Below are positions 1-7,648 of a stretch of DNA of 32,512 bases, piece after piece. Source of the stretch: Halobacteriales archaeon (GTDB lineage: Archaea > Halobacteriota > Halobacteria > Halobacteriales > SKSH01); contig SKSH01000191.1 in the NCBI GenBank assembly GCA_007118075.1, positions 1 through 32,512 on the forward strand. The letters run 5' to 3'. How positions within the stretch are numbered: position 1 is the first letter of the stretch; the number at the start of each line of letters is the position of its first letter. The notes under the pieces were generated by a model that did no database searches, was not told the DNA's origin, and worked only from the letters and a program-made list of their open reading frames with translations. The translations under genes and the position numbers were made by a program.

Positions 1-87
1 CATAACGTGTGGGGTACCCGCACTGAGGCAAGTAGTTTGTTGTTCAGTTGCCTCTCAGATGATACGTCGTGATATCGAGGATGACAT

Positions 88-1086
88 TCACACCGAGATG
101 TGTTCAGCAGGTACCACCTCCAGACGCCAAACCTTCTCGGTCGGATCCCCGAGTGCAGTCCACGAGCGTCCCAGATCACGGCTGTGAAAGAGCTGACTCT
201 GGTCGCTGTCGCCATCGCCTGCGTATATAATCGTAGTCGGATCGAGTGGGTGGAATCGAAGCGGGTCTGCTGGTCGCGATGCGGGTAATCCCTCCCCAAC
301 CGTGTTCCAGGTTCGGCCACCATCGGTGCTGAGATGGAGTGGGTCACTGGATCGATCCGCATAGACAAGCACCTTGGTCGGATCTGTCGGAGCGAACGTG
401 ACCGTGTGGAGGTAGTATCCGGCGAGCTGTTCGTGAGCTCGCCAGGTCAAGCCCGCATCGCTGCTCGTGAAGAGACCAGAACCAGCTGCCAACAGTACCC
501 GATCTGGATCGATTGGGTCGAACGCGATGCGGTGTGCGTCGGTCCCAGCTCGAGTCTCTTGCCAGGTCATCCCACCATCTACCGAACGAAGCACGCCTCC
601 ATGTTCCACACCAGCCACGATGACCGAAGGTCGACTCGGATGTATCGCTACCGCATGGATATGGCCAGCTTCGAACGGTGGATGAAAAAAGGTCCATCTG
701 GGGCGGCTCTCAACCGATTCGATCCCACTCAATGGTTCGAAGGTCACTCCAGCATCATTCGACCGGTAGAGCATGGGAGGTTCCGTCCCCACATAGATCG
801 TCGCTGGATCGGTTGGATCTCTGGTTACCCCCCACACCCAACGATCTTCGAAGCCGAGCGCTTCAGCTTCCATCCCCCCATCGGTTGTCCGATGAAGTCC
901 CCATCCACGGAGCCCACATCCGATGAGCACCTTTGCCGGATCTCTGGGATGAATTGAAAGGTCCCTGATCACATTACCGCGGACACACGTGGCATCGAAC
1001 GTGATCGAATCCCCCTGTAAGGTGGCTCTTCGAAGTCCATCATGAGTGCCGAGATAGAGCCAGATCGGCTGTAGTGAATCGGTCAT
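88..1086 (-). CDS. BNR/Asp-box repeat beta-propeller protein (sialidase-fold / Ycf48-like); function unknown
   Basis: ORF 88..1158(-). It has repeated Asp-box-like S-x-D-x-G-x-T-W motifs (SVDGGMTW, SSDAGLTW, STDGGRTW, SRDLGRSW). The codon at 1158 is TTG. The first ATG is at 1086 (MTDSLQPIWLYLG...) and is preferred as the start. Confidence 0.7.
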   Translation of the reverse strand: MTDSLQPIWLYLGTHDGLRRATLQGDSITFDATCVRGNVIRDLSIHPRDPAKVLIGCGLRGWGLHRTTDGGMEAEALGFEDRWVWGVTRDPTDPATIYVGTEPPMLYRSNDAGVTFEPLSGIESVESRPRWTFFHPPFEAGHIHAVAIHPSRPSVIVAGVEHGGVLRSVDGGMTWQETRAGTDAHRIAFDPIDPDRVLLAAGSGLFTSSDAGLTWRAHEQLAGYYLHTVTFAPTDPTKVLVYADRSSDPLHLSTDGGRTWNTVGEGLPASRPADPLRFHPLDPTTIIYAGDGDSDQSQLFHSRDLGRSWTALGDPTEKVWRLEVVPAEHISV

Positions 1087-1215
1087 AGCAACGAACACGG
1101 AAGAAATCGGTATAGCCGTTTGCTGAAGCTCATTTTGGTCAATGAATCGAAGTATCAAGCCGAGTAACCAGGTAGCGGCCTCTTGGTAGGCACTTCCAAC
1201 GAAACCGTAGGTGAG

Positions 1216-1686
1216 TCAATCGATCGACAGAATCTCGATTTCGAATTCGAGTGTCTCGCCAGCGAGTCGATGGTTGAAATCGACACGAACCACCTCATCA
1301 TCGACGTGAACGACCTCTTGCAGTGTTCCTGTTTGAGTCTGGAGGAACGTCCCTTCCTCGATATCCTGATTCCCGACCAATCGTGAGATCTCATCTCGTT
1401 CGAACTCTCTGACAAGTTCCTCATCCCACTCGCCATACCCGGCCTCTGGATCGATGGTGAAGGTCGTTTCCACCCCTTCCTTGAGCCCGATCAAGGCGTC
1501 GTCGAACCCTTCGATGAGTTCACCGGTTCCGACCTCGATACTCAGGGGCTCGAACGTGTGTTCGGCTGCTTCATCGATCAATCCTGCCTCGATTGCAACG
1601 CTTCGTTTCGTCGTATCGAATACCGTACCATCCTCGAATCGGCCGACATACTCAATGGTGACCGTATCACCGGATGTGATCGCCAT
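1216..1686 (-). CDS. FKBP-type peptidyl-prolyl cis-trans isomerase (SlyD-like)
   Basis: ORF 1216..1794(-). An internal ATG at 1684-1686 gives MAITSGDTVTIEYVGRFEDGTVFDTT..., a typical FKBP N-terminus. The upstream extension is basic and unlike the rest of the protein. Confidence 0.85.
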   Translation of the reverse strand: MAITSGDTVTIEYVGRFEDGTVFDTTKRSVAIEAGLIDEAAEHTFEPLSIEVGTGELIEGFDDALIGLKEGVETTFTIDPEAGYGEWDEELVREFERDEISRLVGNQDIEEGTFLQTQTGTLQEVVHVDDEVVRVDFNHRLAGETLEFEIEILSID

Positions 1687-1782
1687 ACCGTGCCGATGGG
1701 TGTCGGAGGGATAAATCCATGCAACAGCATTCCCAACAATCAATCTACCCTTCATTCTCGTTTGCGGTTTCTTGCGACCATC

Positions 1783-1788
1783 TTTATC
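1783..1788 (+). promoter_or_regulatory. TATA-like box (TTTATC) about 27 nt upstream of the usp ATG; suggests a leaderless transcript
   Basis: TTTATC at 1783-1788 and ATG at 1812. The spacing matches an archaeal TATA centred near -27. Confidence 0.35.
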
Positions 1789-1811
1789 CTCCATCTCTTC
1801 GAAGTACGTGT

Positions 1812-2246
1812 ATGATTGAGACCGTCTTGGTCCCTGTCGATCGCGGCGATCCAGCAGACCGAGCGTTCGAGTTCGCCCTCGAGCGGTATCCTGACGCCAA
1901 CGTCACGGTCCTCTATGTCATCTCCCCCGCAGAAGCACGATATCTGACCGGAAACGAAACTCGATTCAGACCGAAGTTCGATGAGGCTGTCGAAGAGGCG
2001 ACTGCATTTCTCGATGAGTACGTCGAACGCGGGAAACAAGCAGATGTGACGGTTGAGGCGGATTACACCATGTCATATGAAGGTGGGAGAACCGCACGGG
2101 CGATCCTCGACTACCTCGACGACCATTCCTTCAATCACATCGTCATGGGCAGTCATGGCCGGAGGGGTACCGCAAGGATCATGCTTGGAAGTGTGGCTGA
2201 AAAGGTCGTCCGTCAGGCGGAAATCCCCGTGACAGTCGTCCGGTGA
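1812..2246 (+). CDS. universal stress protein (UspA family)
   Basis: ORF 1719..2246(+). An internal ATG at 1812 gives MIETVLVPVDRGDPADRAFEFAL... The C-terminus reads HIVMGSHGRRGTARIMLGSVAEKVVRQAEIPVTVVR, a typical Usp ATP-binding motif G-x2-G-x9-G-S. Confidence 0.85.
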   Translation: MIETVLVPVDRGDPADRAFEFALERYPDANVTVLYVISPAEARYLTGNETRFRPKFDEAVEEATAFLDEYVERGKQADVTVEADYTMSYEGGRTARAILDYLDDHSFNHIVMGSHGRRGTARIMLGSVAEKVVRQAEIPVTVVR

Positions 2247-2305
2247 AATAATCGTATAAGCATCGGAAAGACCTATATCAGACCGGGAAGTGCCGTATTC
2301 CACCG

Positions 2306-2449
2306 ATGACGGTCTTTTCTGAGACACTTGAGAGCGAACGGTTACGATTCGAGATAGCCGATCAAGAGCAGATCGATCCACTCGAATTGTACAAGCGTGC
2401 ACGTTCCGGAGCCCCGGACATCGAGAAGGTCACCGAGTTCGTAACCTGA
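2306..2449 (+). pseudogene. N-terminal remnant (47 codons) of a RimJ/RimL-like GNAT N-acetyltransferase, ended by TGA where Trp is expected
   Basis: Hand translation gives MTVFSETLESERLRFEIADQEQIDPLELYKRARSGAPDIEKVTEFVT*. This resembles the conserved N-terminus of about 180-aa haloarchaeal GNATs (..ETERLRLE...ELY....IEEVTRYMPWDPH..). The TGA at 2447-2449 is followed in frame by DPY, so TGA sits where W-DPH is expected. No homology is evident after that point. Confidence 0.4.
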
Positions 2450-2542
2450 GACCCTTACGGAAAATCCGAGGCGAAAGCCTCGCCCTTCAGGGTGGGGATG
2501 AAGCCGACCAACAGTATGCAACCGGTAGTTCCACGCAGCCCT

Positions 2543-2548
2543 TTAATG
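2543..2548 (+). promoter_or_regulatory. TATA-like box (TTTAAT) upstream of the PAC2-family gene
   Basis: TTTAAT at 2543-2548 and ATG at 2572, about 27 nt from the box centre. Confidence 0.4.
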
Positions 2549-2571
2549 CACTAGCGAGCAATCATGGTGGC

Positions 2572-3330
2572 ATGACGGCTTGCTCATTCGATCAACTCGT
2601 CGAGACCGATGCGAAAGCACCTACCTTGATCGAGGGATTGCCCGGTCACGGGTTGGTCGCCTCGATCACTGTCGAACAGATCGCCCAACAGCTCGAACTC
2701 GAACCGTACGGTGGGATCAGGTCCGAGGAGGTCCCACCGGTACTCTCGTTCACCGATGGACTCGTCCACGACACCATCCGCGTCAAATCAGGGCGACCAC
2801 CAGGGGCGGACCATGATGTGCTGACGCTACACGGTGATATTCTGCTGCCTGAGGAATCACATCGACCCTTCAGCCAGTGTGTCCTCAATGATCTTGCCGA
2901 CCGTATCGAACGAGGGATCTTCCTCGCCGCGGCACCGGCCAAAACAGAGGAGGAACATGGAAAGATCCTCGGGGTCGCGACTGATGAGGACATCAAAGCG
3001 GAGCTACTCGACGCCGGAATCGATCTTGCGGAGGGTGACGGCCTCGTCGGCGGAATCACCGGTGCACTCGTCGATGCCTGTTATCACCAATCGGTCCCAG
3101 CGGCACTCTTGTTGGTCAGAGCGGATCCGTACGTCCCCGATCCAGAAGCTGCCCAGCTGGTGATCGATCATGCACTGGAACCGTTAGTCGACTTCGAAGT
3201 TGACACGGACGAACTACTTGAACAGGCCAAACAGATCCAGGCTCGAAAGGCGCAGATAGCCGAACAGCTCCAACACGCTGACGAGGGTGAAAAACCCGAT
3301 TCAGCGTCGGTTGCCGGGATGTTCCAGTGA
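2572..3330 (+). CDS. proteasome assembly chaperone family protein (PAC2 / COG1938)
   Basis: 252 aa. The N-terminus ...APTLIEGLPGHGLVASITVEQIAQQLELEP..., the length and the acidic coiled C-terminal tail are typical of archaeal PAC2-family proteins. Confidence 0.75.
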   Translation: MTACSFDQLVETDAKAPTLIEGLPGHGLVASITVEQIAQQLELEPYGGIRSEEVPPVLSFTDGLVHDTIRVKSGRPPGADHDVLTLHGDILLPEESHRPFSQCVLNDLADRIERGIFLAAAPAKTEEEHGKILGVATDEDIKAELLDAGIDLAEGDGLVGGITGALVDACYHQSVPAALLLVRADPYVPDPEAAQLVIDHALEPLVDFEVDTDELLEQAKQIQARKAQIAEQLQHADEGEKPDSASVAGMFQ

Positions 3331-3388
3331 CCAGGAGGAACCGGTAGTGAAGCGACCGATTGATGGAAGCGCACTCGAAGGTGAAACT

Positions 3389-4315
3389 ATGCAAGACCGA
3401 CAGATCCTCGTAACCGGTGGTGCTGGCTTCATCGGTTCTAACATCGCTAACACGCTTGTTGAGTTTAACGAGGTAGTGGTCGTCGATGATGAGTCATTAG
3501 GGACCAAGGACCATCTCGATGATGCGGTCGACTTCCATCGTCGTAGCGTGCTCGAAGACAACCTTCCGGTGGAAGATATCGACCTCGTCATCCATTTCGC
3601 CGCTCGCTCATCGTATGGTCTCGTCGAACAAGACCCACCAGGTGGATTCCGGGTCAACGTCGAAGGGTTCGTCAATACGGTCGATCAGGCAGTGGATGCG
3701 GGATGTGAGCAGGTCATCTATGCCTCCTCGTCGTCGGTCTATGACACTCACACGAGTCCTGTGACGGTCACCGACCCGGTCAAGGCAAATACAGGGTATG
3801 AAGCCTCGAAGCTGGCTAGGGAACATGCAGCCGAGTACCTCAGTGCGCACCGGGACATTACCATCGCCGGGCTTCGGTTGTTCTCAGTCTATCAGGGCAT
3901 GCAACGTGGAGAGAAGCACAAAGGCGGGTACGCGAACGTATTGGCACAGTTTGCAGAACAACTGGCTGAGGGACAGGCTCCGGCACTCTATGGAGACGGT
4001 TCGCAGGCTCGCGATTTCATACACGTCGACGATGTGGTCGCTGCGGTTGAGGCTGCAGCGACGGCGAAGCTCGACGGGAGCTACAACGTCGGGACCGGAA
4101 CTGCAGCATCATTCAATGAGGTTGTTGAACGCCTCAACCGATCACTCGGGACCGATATCCCGCCGACATACATCGAACATCCGATGCCCCCTTCCGTGTA
4201 CGTACAGTACACCTGCGCAGATTCCTCCGAACTGAGGGAGGCATCCGGATGGGAACCGAGGATCGATCTCAGCGAGGGGATCGATCGCCTGTGTCAGCCG
4301 TACCTTGATGGATAG
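3389..4315 (+). CDS. NAD-dependent epimerase/dehydratase (extended SDR, UDP-sugar 4-epimerase-like)
   Basis: ORF 3287..4315(+). An internal ATG at 3389 gives MQDRQILVTGGAGFIGSNI (Rossmann GxxGxxG). The catalytic YxxxK motif is present (YEASKLA). Confidence 0.9.
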   Translation: MQDRQILVTGGAGFIGSNIANTLVEFNEVVVVDDESLGTKDHLDDAVDFHRRSVLEDNLPVEDIDLVIHFAARSSYGLVEQDPPGGFRVNVEGFVNTVDQAVDAGCEQVIYASSSSVYDTHTSPVTVTDPVKANTGYEASKLAREHAAEYLSAHRDITIAGLRLFSVYQGMQRGEKHKGGYANVLAQFAEQLAEGQAPALYGDGSQARDFIHVDDVVAAVEAAATAKLDGSYNVGTGTAASFNEVVERLNRSLGTDIPPTYIEHPMPPSVYVQYTCADSSELREASGWEPRIDLSEGIDRLCQPYLDG

Positions 4316-4319
4316 CCGA

Positions 4320-4874
4320 TCACGCAGCGTCAGCTGGTGTGTCGAAATCGTGGAAGTGATCGCCGTGTTCCTTGCTCAGAATGTTCAATGCCGCAGCCGC
4401 ACCATCGCCAGCTGAGATGATCGCCTGCCATTCCTCCACCCGGACCATCGCCCCGGTGGCGTATGCATCAGGAACACTCGTCTCCATGGTGACATCCACT
4501 TCGACCACCCCATCGTCGGTGAAATCACAACCGAGTGACTCAGCCAAATCCCGCTTTGCTCCAGTGGCGAGGACGAGGTAGTCTGCCTCGTATCGCTCAT
4601 CCGCCTCGACCTCGAAGCCGTCGTCAGTAGCGGTAACTTCGGTCACGGCAACATCGGTCTCGATGGTCGCCCCGAAACCGGCCGCCTGCATTCGAACCTG
4701 TTCGATGAATTCACTCCCATCCATGGACTCGATACCGAGATAGTTGAACAGATGGGCCTTGTGCATCCACGTCTTGTCATTATCGAGCACGAGCGTCCCG
4801 AGATCGTTTTTGGCGGTGAACAAACCAGCACTCAAACCAGCCGGTCCTCCACCAATTACGAGTACATCGACCAT
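4320..4874 (-). CDS. short FAD-dependent oxidoreductase; thioredoxin-reductase-like FAD domain only
   Basis: ORF 4320..5012(-). An internal ATG at 4872-4874 gives MVDVLVIGGGPAGLSAGLFTA... The C-terminus reads YATGAMVRVEEWQAIISAGDGAAAALNIL (TrxR-type FAD motif). It is only 184 aa and has no CxxC. Confidence 0.8.
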   Translation of the reverse strand: MVDVLVIGGGPAGLSAGLFTAKNDLGTLVLDNDKTWMHKAHLFNYLGIESMDGSEFIEQVRMQAAGFGATIETDVAVTEVTATDDGFEVEADERYEADYLVLATGAKRDLAESLGCDFTDDGVVEVDVTMETSVPDAYATGAMVRVEEWQAIISAGDGAAAALNILSKEHGDHFHDFDTPADAA

Positions 4875-4911
4875 ACGAAACAATCGGTCCCTAGCGGTAA
4901 AAGGTCGAGGC

Positions 4912-5169
4912 TCAGCCCTCTCCTTCGGCCTGTCCAGGTTCACCGATTGCCTCGATTGGAGCACTCGAGAGCAGTTCGGATGAGAGTTCGTCGACCGATT
5001 CGAATGCGTCACTCGGGGTTCTCGAGACGAGGTCAGCTAATGGCTCCTCGCCATCGGCATAGAGGACCATCACATCTCCGAGAGAATCTGCTACGTCATC
5101 CCGTGTCACCGGGTATGAGATCGTTTCTAACTCGACTCTGAGCTCTGATAGGTGGATGCGCTCTCCCAT
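4912..5169 (-). CDS. small acidic conserved hypothetical protein (resembles the haloarchaeal DUF5789-type family; assignment from memory)
   Basis: 85-aa ORF, MGERIHLSELRVELETISYPVTRDDVADSLGDVMVLYADGEEPLADLV... It is very acidic. The conflict with the neighbouring ORF disappears once that ORF's start is moved to 4874. Confidence 0.6.
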   Translation of the reverse strand: MGERIHLSELRVELETISYPVTRDDVADSLGDVMVLYADGEEPLADLVSRTPSDAFESVDELSSELLSSAPIEAIGEPGQAEGEG

Positions 5170-5256
5170 AGGCTATACAATGTCAACAATTGGCATAACT
5201 CCTCCCCCTGGGACATGGTCGAAACCATCATACCGTCGTCGTGTGCACCGACGAAC

Positions 5257-5646
5257 ATGGTCGAGACTGACACGGCGACGATCCTCGCATTGATGAGTGT
5301 CGCTATCATCGCCTACTTTATCGTCACATCGGTTCCTCGGGTGGACGCGATGTCGAGGAGCTATCGGAAGTTCACCGCTCTCACCACCCTCGGTATCACC
5401 TATATCATCCTGATTGGTCTGTTCATGGCCATCCTCATCTCGATCGACGGGCAGATGATCGAAGCGATTATCCTGGCGCTCGGGGTGGCGACGTTCCTCC
5501 TCTTTGGACTCTCACTGTTGTACGATGTCGCAGACGACTGGCTTCGGCTATTCGCCGATCCGGAGTTTAACACCTTGGTCGAGATTTCACTCGTGTTGGC
5601 GGTCGTCGTCTTTCTGGTCATCAGCTTCCTTGCGATCGAAACGTAA
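5257..5646 (+). CDS. hypothetical integral membrane protein (about 4 TM segments)
   Basis: ORF 5152..5646(+). It has four hydrophobic stretches: ILALMSVAIIAYFIV, LGITYIILIGLFMAILI, IILALGVATFLLFGLSLL and ISLVLAVVVFLVISFLAI. The start is uncertain, with ATG at 5152, 5215, 5257 and 5293. A start at 5152 would overlap the divergent gene that ends at 5169. Confidence 0.6.
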   Translation: MVETDTATILALMSVAIIAYFIVTSVPRVDAMSRSYRKFTALTTLGITYIILIGLFMAILISIDGQMIEAIILALGVATFLLFGLSLLYDVADDWLRLFADPEFNTLVEISLVLAVVVFLVISFLAIET

Positions 5647-5696
5647 GAGACCAATCGCCTACGTTTATGTGACCACCTCTCCGAGTTATGGGCAAC

Positions 5697-5846
5697 ATGA
5701 GTGTCTCGAAGCAGGTTGAGGAAATCGACAGCCCATTCCTCTGGCGAAGCGCGATCATCACGGCAATCTGGCTTGGGATCTTCACCGTGATGGCCGTGAT
5801 CCTCTTCTTGTTCAAAGAGCCGATCAGAAATCTCTTCTTCGGTTGA
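5697..5846 (+). CDS. candidate 49-aa single-TM micro-protein
   Basis: Hand translation gives MSVSKQVEEIDSPFLWRSAIITAIWLGIFTVMAVILFLFKEPIRNLFFG*. It is below the ORF-track cutoff. TTTATG at 5664-5669 lies about 30 nt upstream of the ATG, a leaderless-type spacing. Confidence 0.3.
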   Translation: MSVSKQVEEIDSPFLWRSAIITAIWLGIFTVMAVILFLFKEPIRNLFFG

Positions 5847-5852
5847 ACGACC

Positions 5853-6287
5853 TCATCCTACAGAGGGCGGTATTGTCTCATAGGCAGTAATATCCTCACC
5901 TGGGTCGAGCTGCATCGACCGTATCGACATCACCTGTTTCAACGTCTCCGTGCCGCTGATATGTGGGGTGATGAGTCGAGGTACCCCTTCGACCTCACCG
6001 TCGAGGCGATTAGTCGCCAACACACCATCGAGGGCCGAAGCGATGGGGAGACAGACCTGATACCCATCGACCGCTTGGATCGAAAGATGCGTCGTCGTAT
6101 CCTCAACGTGAGACAAGACCCGTTCCAGCGGAAAGCCCTCCCACTGGCCCTGATATCGTCGTCCAGAGGCACAGGTGAATGATGTGTCCACCGTAGCCAT
6201 ATCCGATCCATCCAAGGTGAGGAGCTCCAAGACGCGATCATCACGTCCGTAGAGCACGACGGTATGCTCCGATTCATCGCCCGGCAT
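5853..6287 (-). CDS. oxidoreductase molybdopterin-binding-domain-like protein (sulfite oxidase/YedY-fold, short form)
   Basis: 144 aa. ...CASGRRYQGQWEGFPLERVLSHV...DGYQVCLPIASALDGVLATNRLDGE..PRLITPHISGTETLKQVMSI matches the pattern C..g....W.G.pl..ll...DGY...p.......la.......PRl..P...g....K.v..I. Confidence 0.55.
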   Translation of the reverse strand: MPGDESEHTVVLYGRDDRVLELLTLDGSDMATVDTSFTCASGRRYQGQWEGFPLERVLSHVEDTTTHLSIQAVDGYQVCLPIASALDGVLATNRLDGEVEGVPRLITPHISGTETLKQVMSIRSMQLDPGEDITAYETIPPSVG

Positions 6288-6435
6288 TGAACGAGGCTAC
6301 GCGGTGTCTGAACAAATCTTCACGACCCAGTTCCCAGTAACTGGGAGTCCAATAATCGTTGGACATGGACCAGGTACCACCTCAGCCGACAAGCGCAAGA
6401 AAGGTATCTATTCGAACGCGAGAGTGAGTAACGAA

Positions 6436-6789
6436 ATGTTCTCAATCACCTTCTATGCGACCGTGGACCTCGATCGGACCGTCAGATTCTACCGGGAGAC
6501 GTTCGACGCAGCGAGCTGGTTAGAGCAACCCGACTGTACGATTTTGCGGCTCGGAAATCAGCTGATCGGCTTTTGTGAGCGCGACCATGCGGACACCGCG
6601 GGTATCATCACCATCGTAACCGGAGATCGAGAGGGAGTTGACAGATACTACGATCAACTAGCCGATCGTGCAGAAGGACCTCCATCCAGAAATGATCACT
6701 ATGAGATTTACCATTTCTACCTCAGCGACCCAGATGGCCGCTCAGTCGAGGTGCAAACATTCTTGCACGAGCTTCCGCCAATCCCGTGA
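6436..6789 (+). CDS. VOC family (glyoxalase/bleomycin-resistance fold) protein
   Basis: ORF 6304..6789(+) begins at GTG. An internal ATG at 6436 gives MFSITFYATVDLDRTVRFYRETF... The C-terminus reads YHFYLSDPDGRSVEVQTF, typical of the VOC beta-alpha-beta-beta-beta fold. Confidence 0.75.
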   Translation: MFSITFYATVDLDRTVRFYRETFDAASWLEQPDCTILRLGNQLIGFCERDHADTAGIITIVTGDREGVDRYYDQLADRAEGPPSRNDHYEIYHFYLSDPDGRSVEVQTFLHELPPIP

Positions 6790-6899
6790 ACCTGACGGGA
6801 GGTCCCAGATTCCGTAACAGCCAAATATACCCTCTCCGCCGGTTCTCCAAGGTAGTAACCATGGCTCGAATCCACCGGTGACGGAAGATTCAGCTTCGA

Positions 6900-7301
6900 A
6901 TGGATGCCATTGACTGGATTACCAAATCGATGTTCGGCAAAAGACGGGTACAAACGTTCGGATTCGTCGCCATCGCAGGAGCTCTGGGTGCACTGTTCCG
7001 GTATGGCATCGAGTTCATCGGCATCTCTGGGCATGGAAGCACCTTGCTGGCGAACGTCATCGGCTGTCTCTTACTCGGAGTGTTCATCGTGATCGTTGGC
7101 CCGGAAAACCGTCGGATCAGAGCAATCATCGGCGGTGGATTCATCGGTTCGATGACCACCTATAGCGGTTTGGCCACCGCGGTTGTGGCAACATCACCGG
7201 TTCGAGGCGCGCTGTATCTCGGGGTGACCTACGCTGCCGGTTTGTTGGCGATCTGGTTGGGTAGTGAACTCGCTGGTCGCGGAGGATATCGATGGAGCTG
7301 A
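6900..7301 (+). CDS. crcB: fluoride ion channel CrcB/Fluc homologue 1 (divergent pore motif)
   Basis: 133 aa. It has GALGALFRY, LLANVIGCLLLG and GGFIGSMTTYSGL, where TTYSGL replaces the canonical TTFSTF. The start could be ATG 6900 or ATG 6930. Confidence 0.85.
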   Translation: MDAIDWITKSMFGKRRVQTFGFVAIAGALGALFRYGIEFIGISGHGSTLLANVIGCLLLGVFIVIVGPENRRIRAIIGGGFIGSMTTYSGLATAVVATSPVRGALYLGVTYAAGLLAIWLGSELAGRGGYRWS

Positions 7302-7627
7302 CCGTCGCGGTAGCCATCGGCGGTGCGGTTGGTGCGATCCTCCGGGTCTGGTTGGCAGATCTCTTGGCAGCTCGACCACCAACCGCAACGTTGGTCGTCA
7401 ATCTGGTGGGAAGTTTCCTCGCAGGGTACGCCATTGTCACACTGACCGGGACCGTTCTAATCTTGGTCGTAGTCGGGCTCTGTGGGGCGTTGACCACCTT
7501 CTCGACATTTGCGAACGAATTCCGTGCATACGCCGCAGAGGGTGAGCATCTCGCCGCCGTCTCGTATGCCGTGATCACCGCTATCGGCTGTCTGCTTGCG
7601 GTCTGGATCGGCCTCATGTTCGGGTGA
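7292..7627 (+). CDS. crcB: fluoride ion channel CrcB/Fluc homologue 2 (canonical motifs)
   Basis: 111 aa. It has GGAVGAILRV, VVNLVGSFLAG and GLCGALTTFSTFANE. It overlaps the upstream crcB by 10 nt. GGAGGA at 7282-7287 lies just before its ATG, which suggests translational coupling. Confidence 0.9.
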   Translation: MELTVAVAIGGAVGAILRVWLADLLAARPPTATLVVNLVGSFLAGYAIVTLTGTVLILVVVGLCGALTTFSTFANEFRAYAAEGEHLAAVSYAVITAIGCLLAVWIGLMFG

Positions 7628-7648
7628 AACTTCAGTTCATTTGAAGAG

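Noticed and set aside
5213-5266. Direct repeat acatggtcgaaac / acatggtcgagac (the MVET... peptide is repeated twice)
   Set aside because: It is a short 12-13-nt near-repeat at the uncertain 5' end of a membrane-protein gene. It is most simply explained by chance or a micro-duplication and has no further structure.
6790-6899. Possible fluoride (crcB-motif) riboswitch upstream of the crcB pair
   Set aside because: I looked for the conserved riboswitch core (GGnGAUGG...CC...AACCGCC...GCUGAUGAnUCCUAC-like elements) in the 110 nt upstream of crcB and found no convincing match. A covariance-model search (Rfam RF01734) would be decisive.
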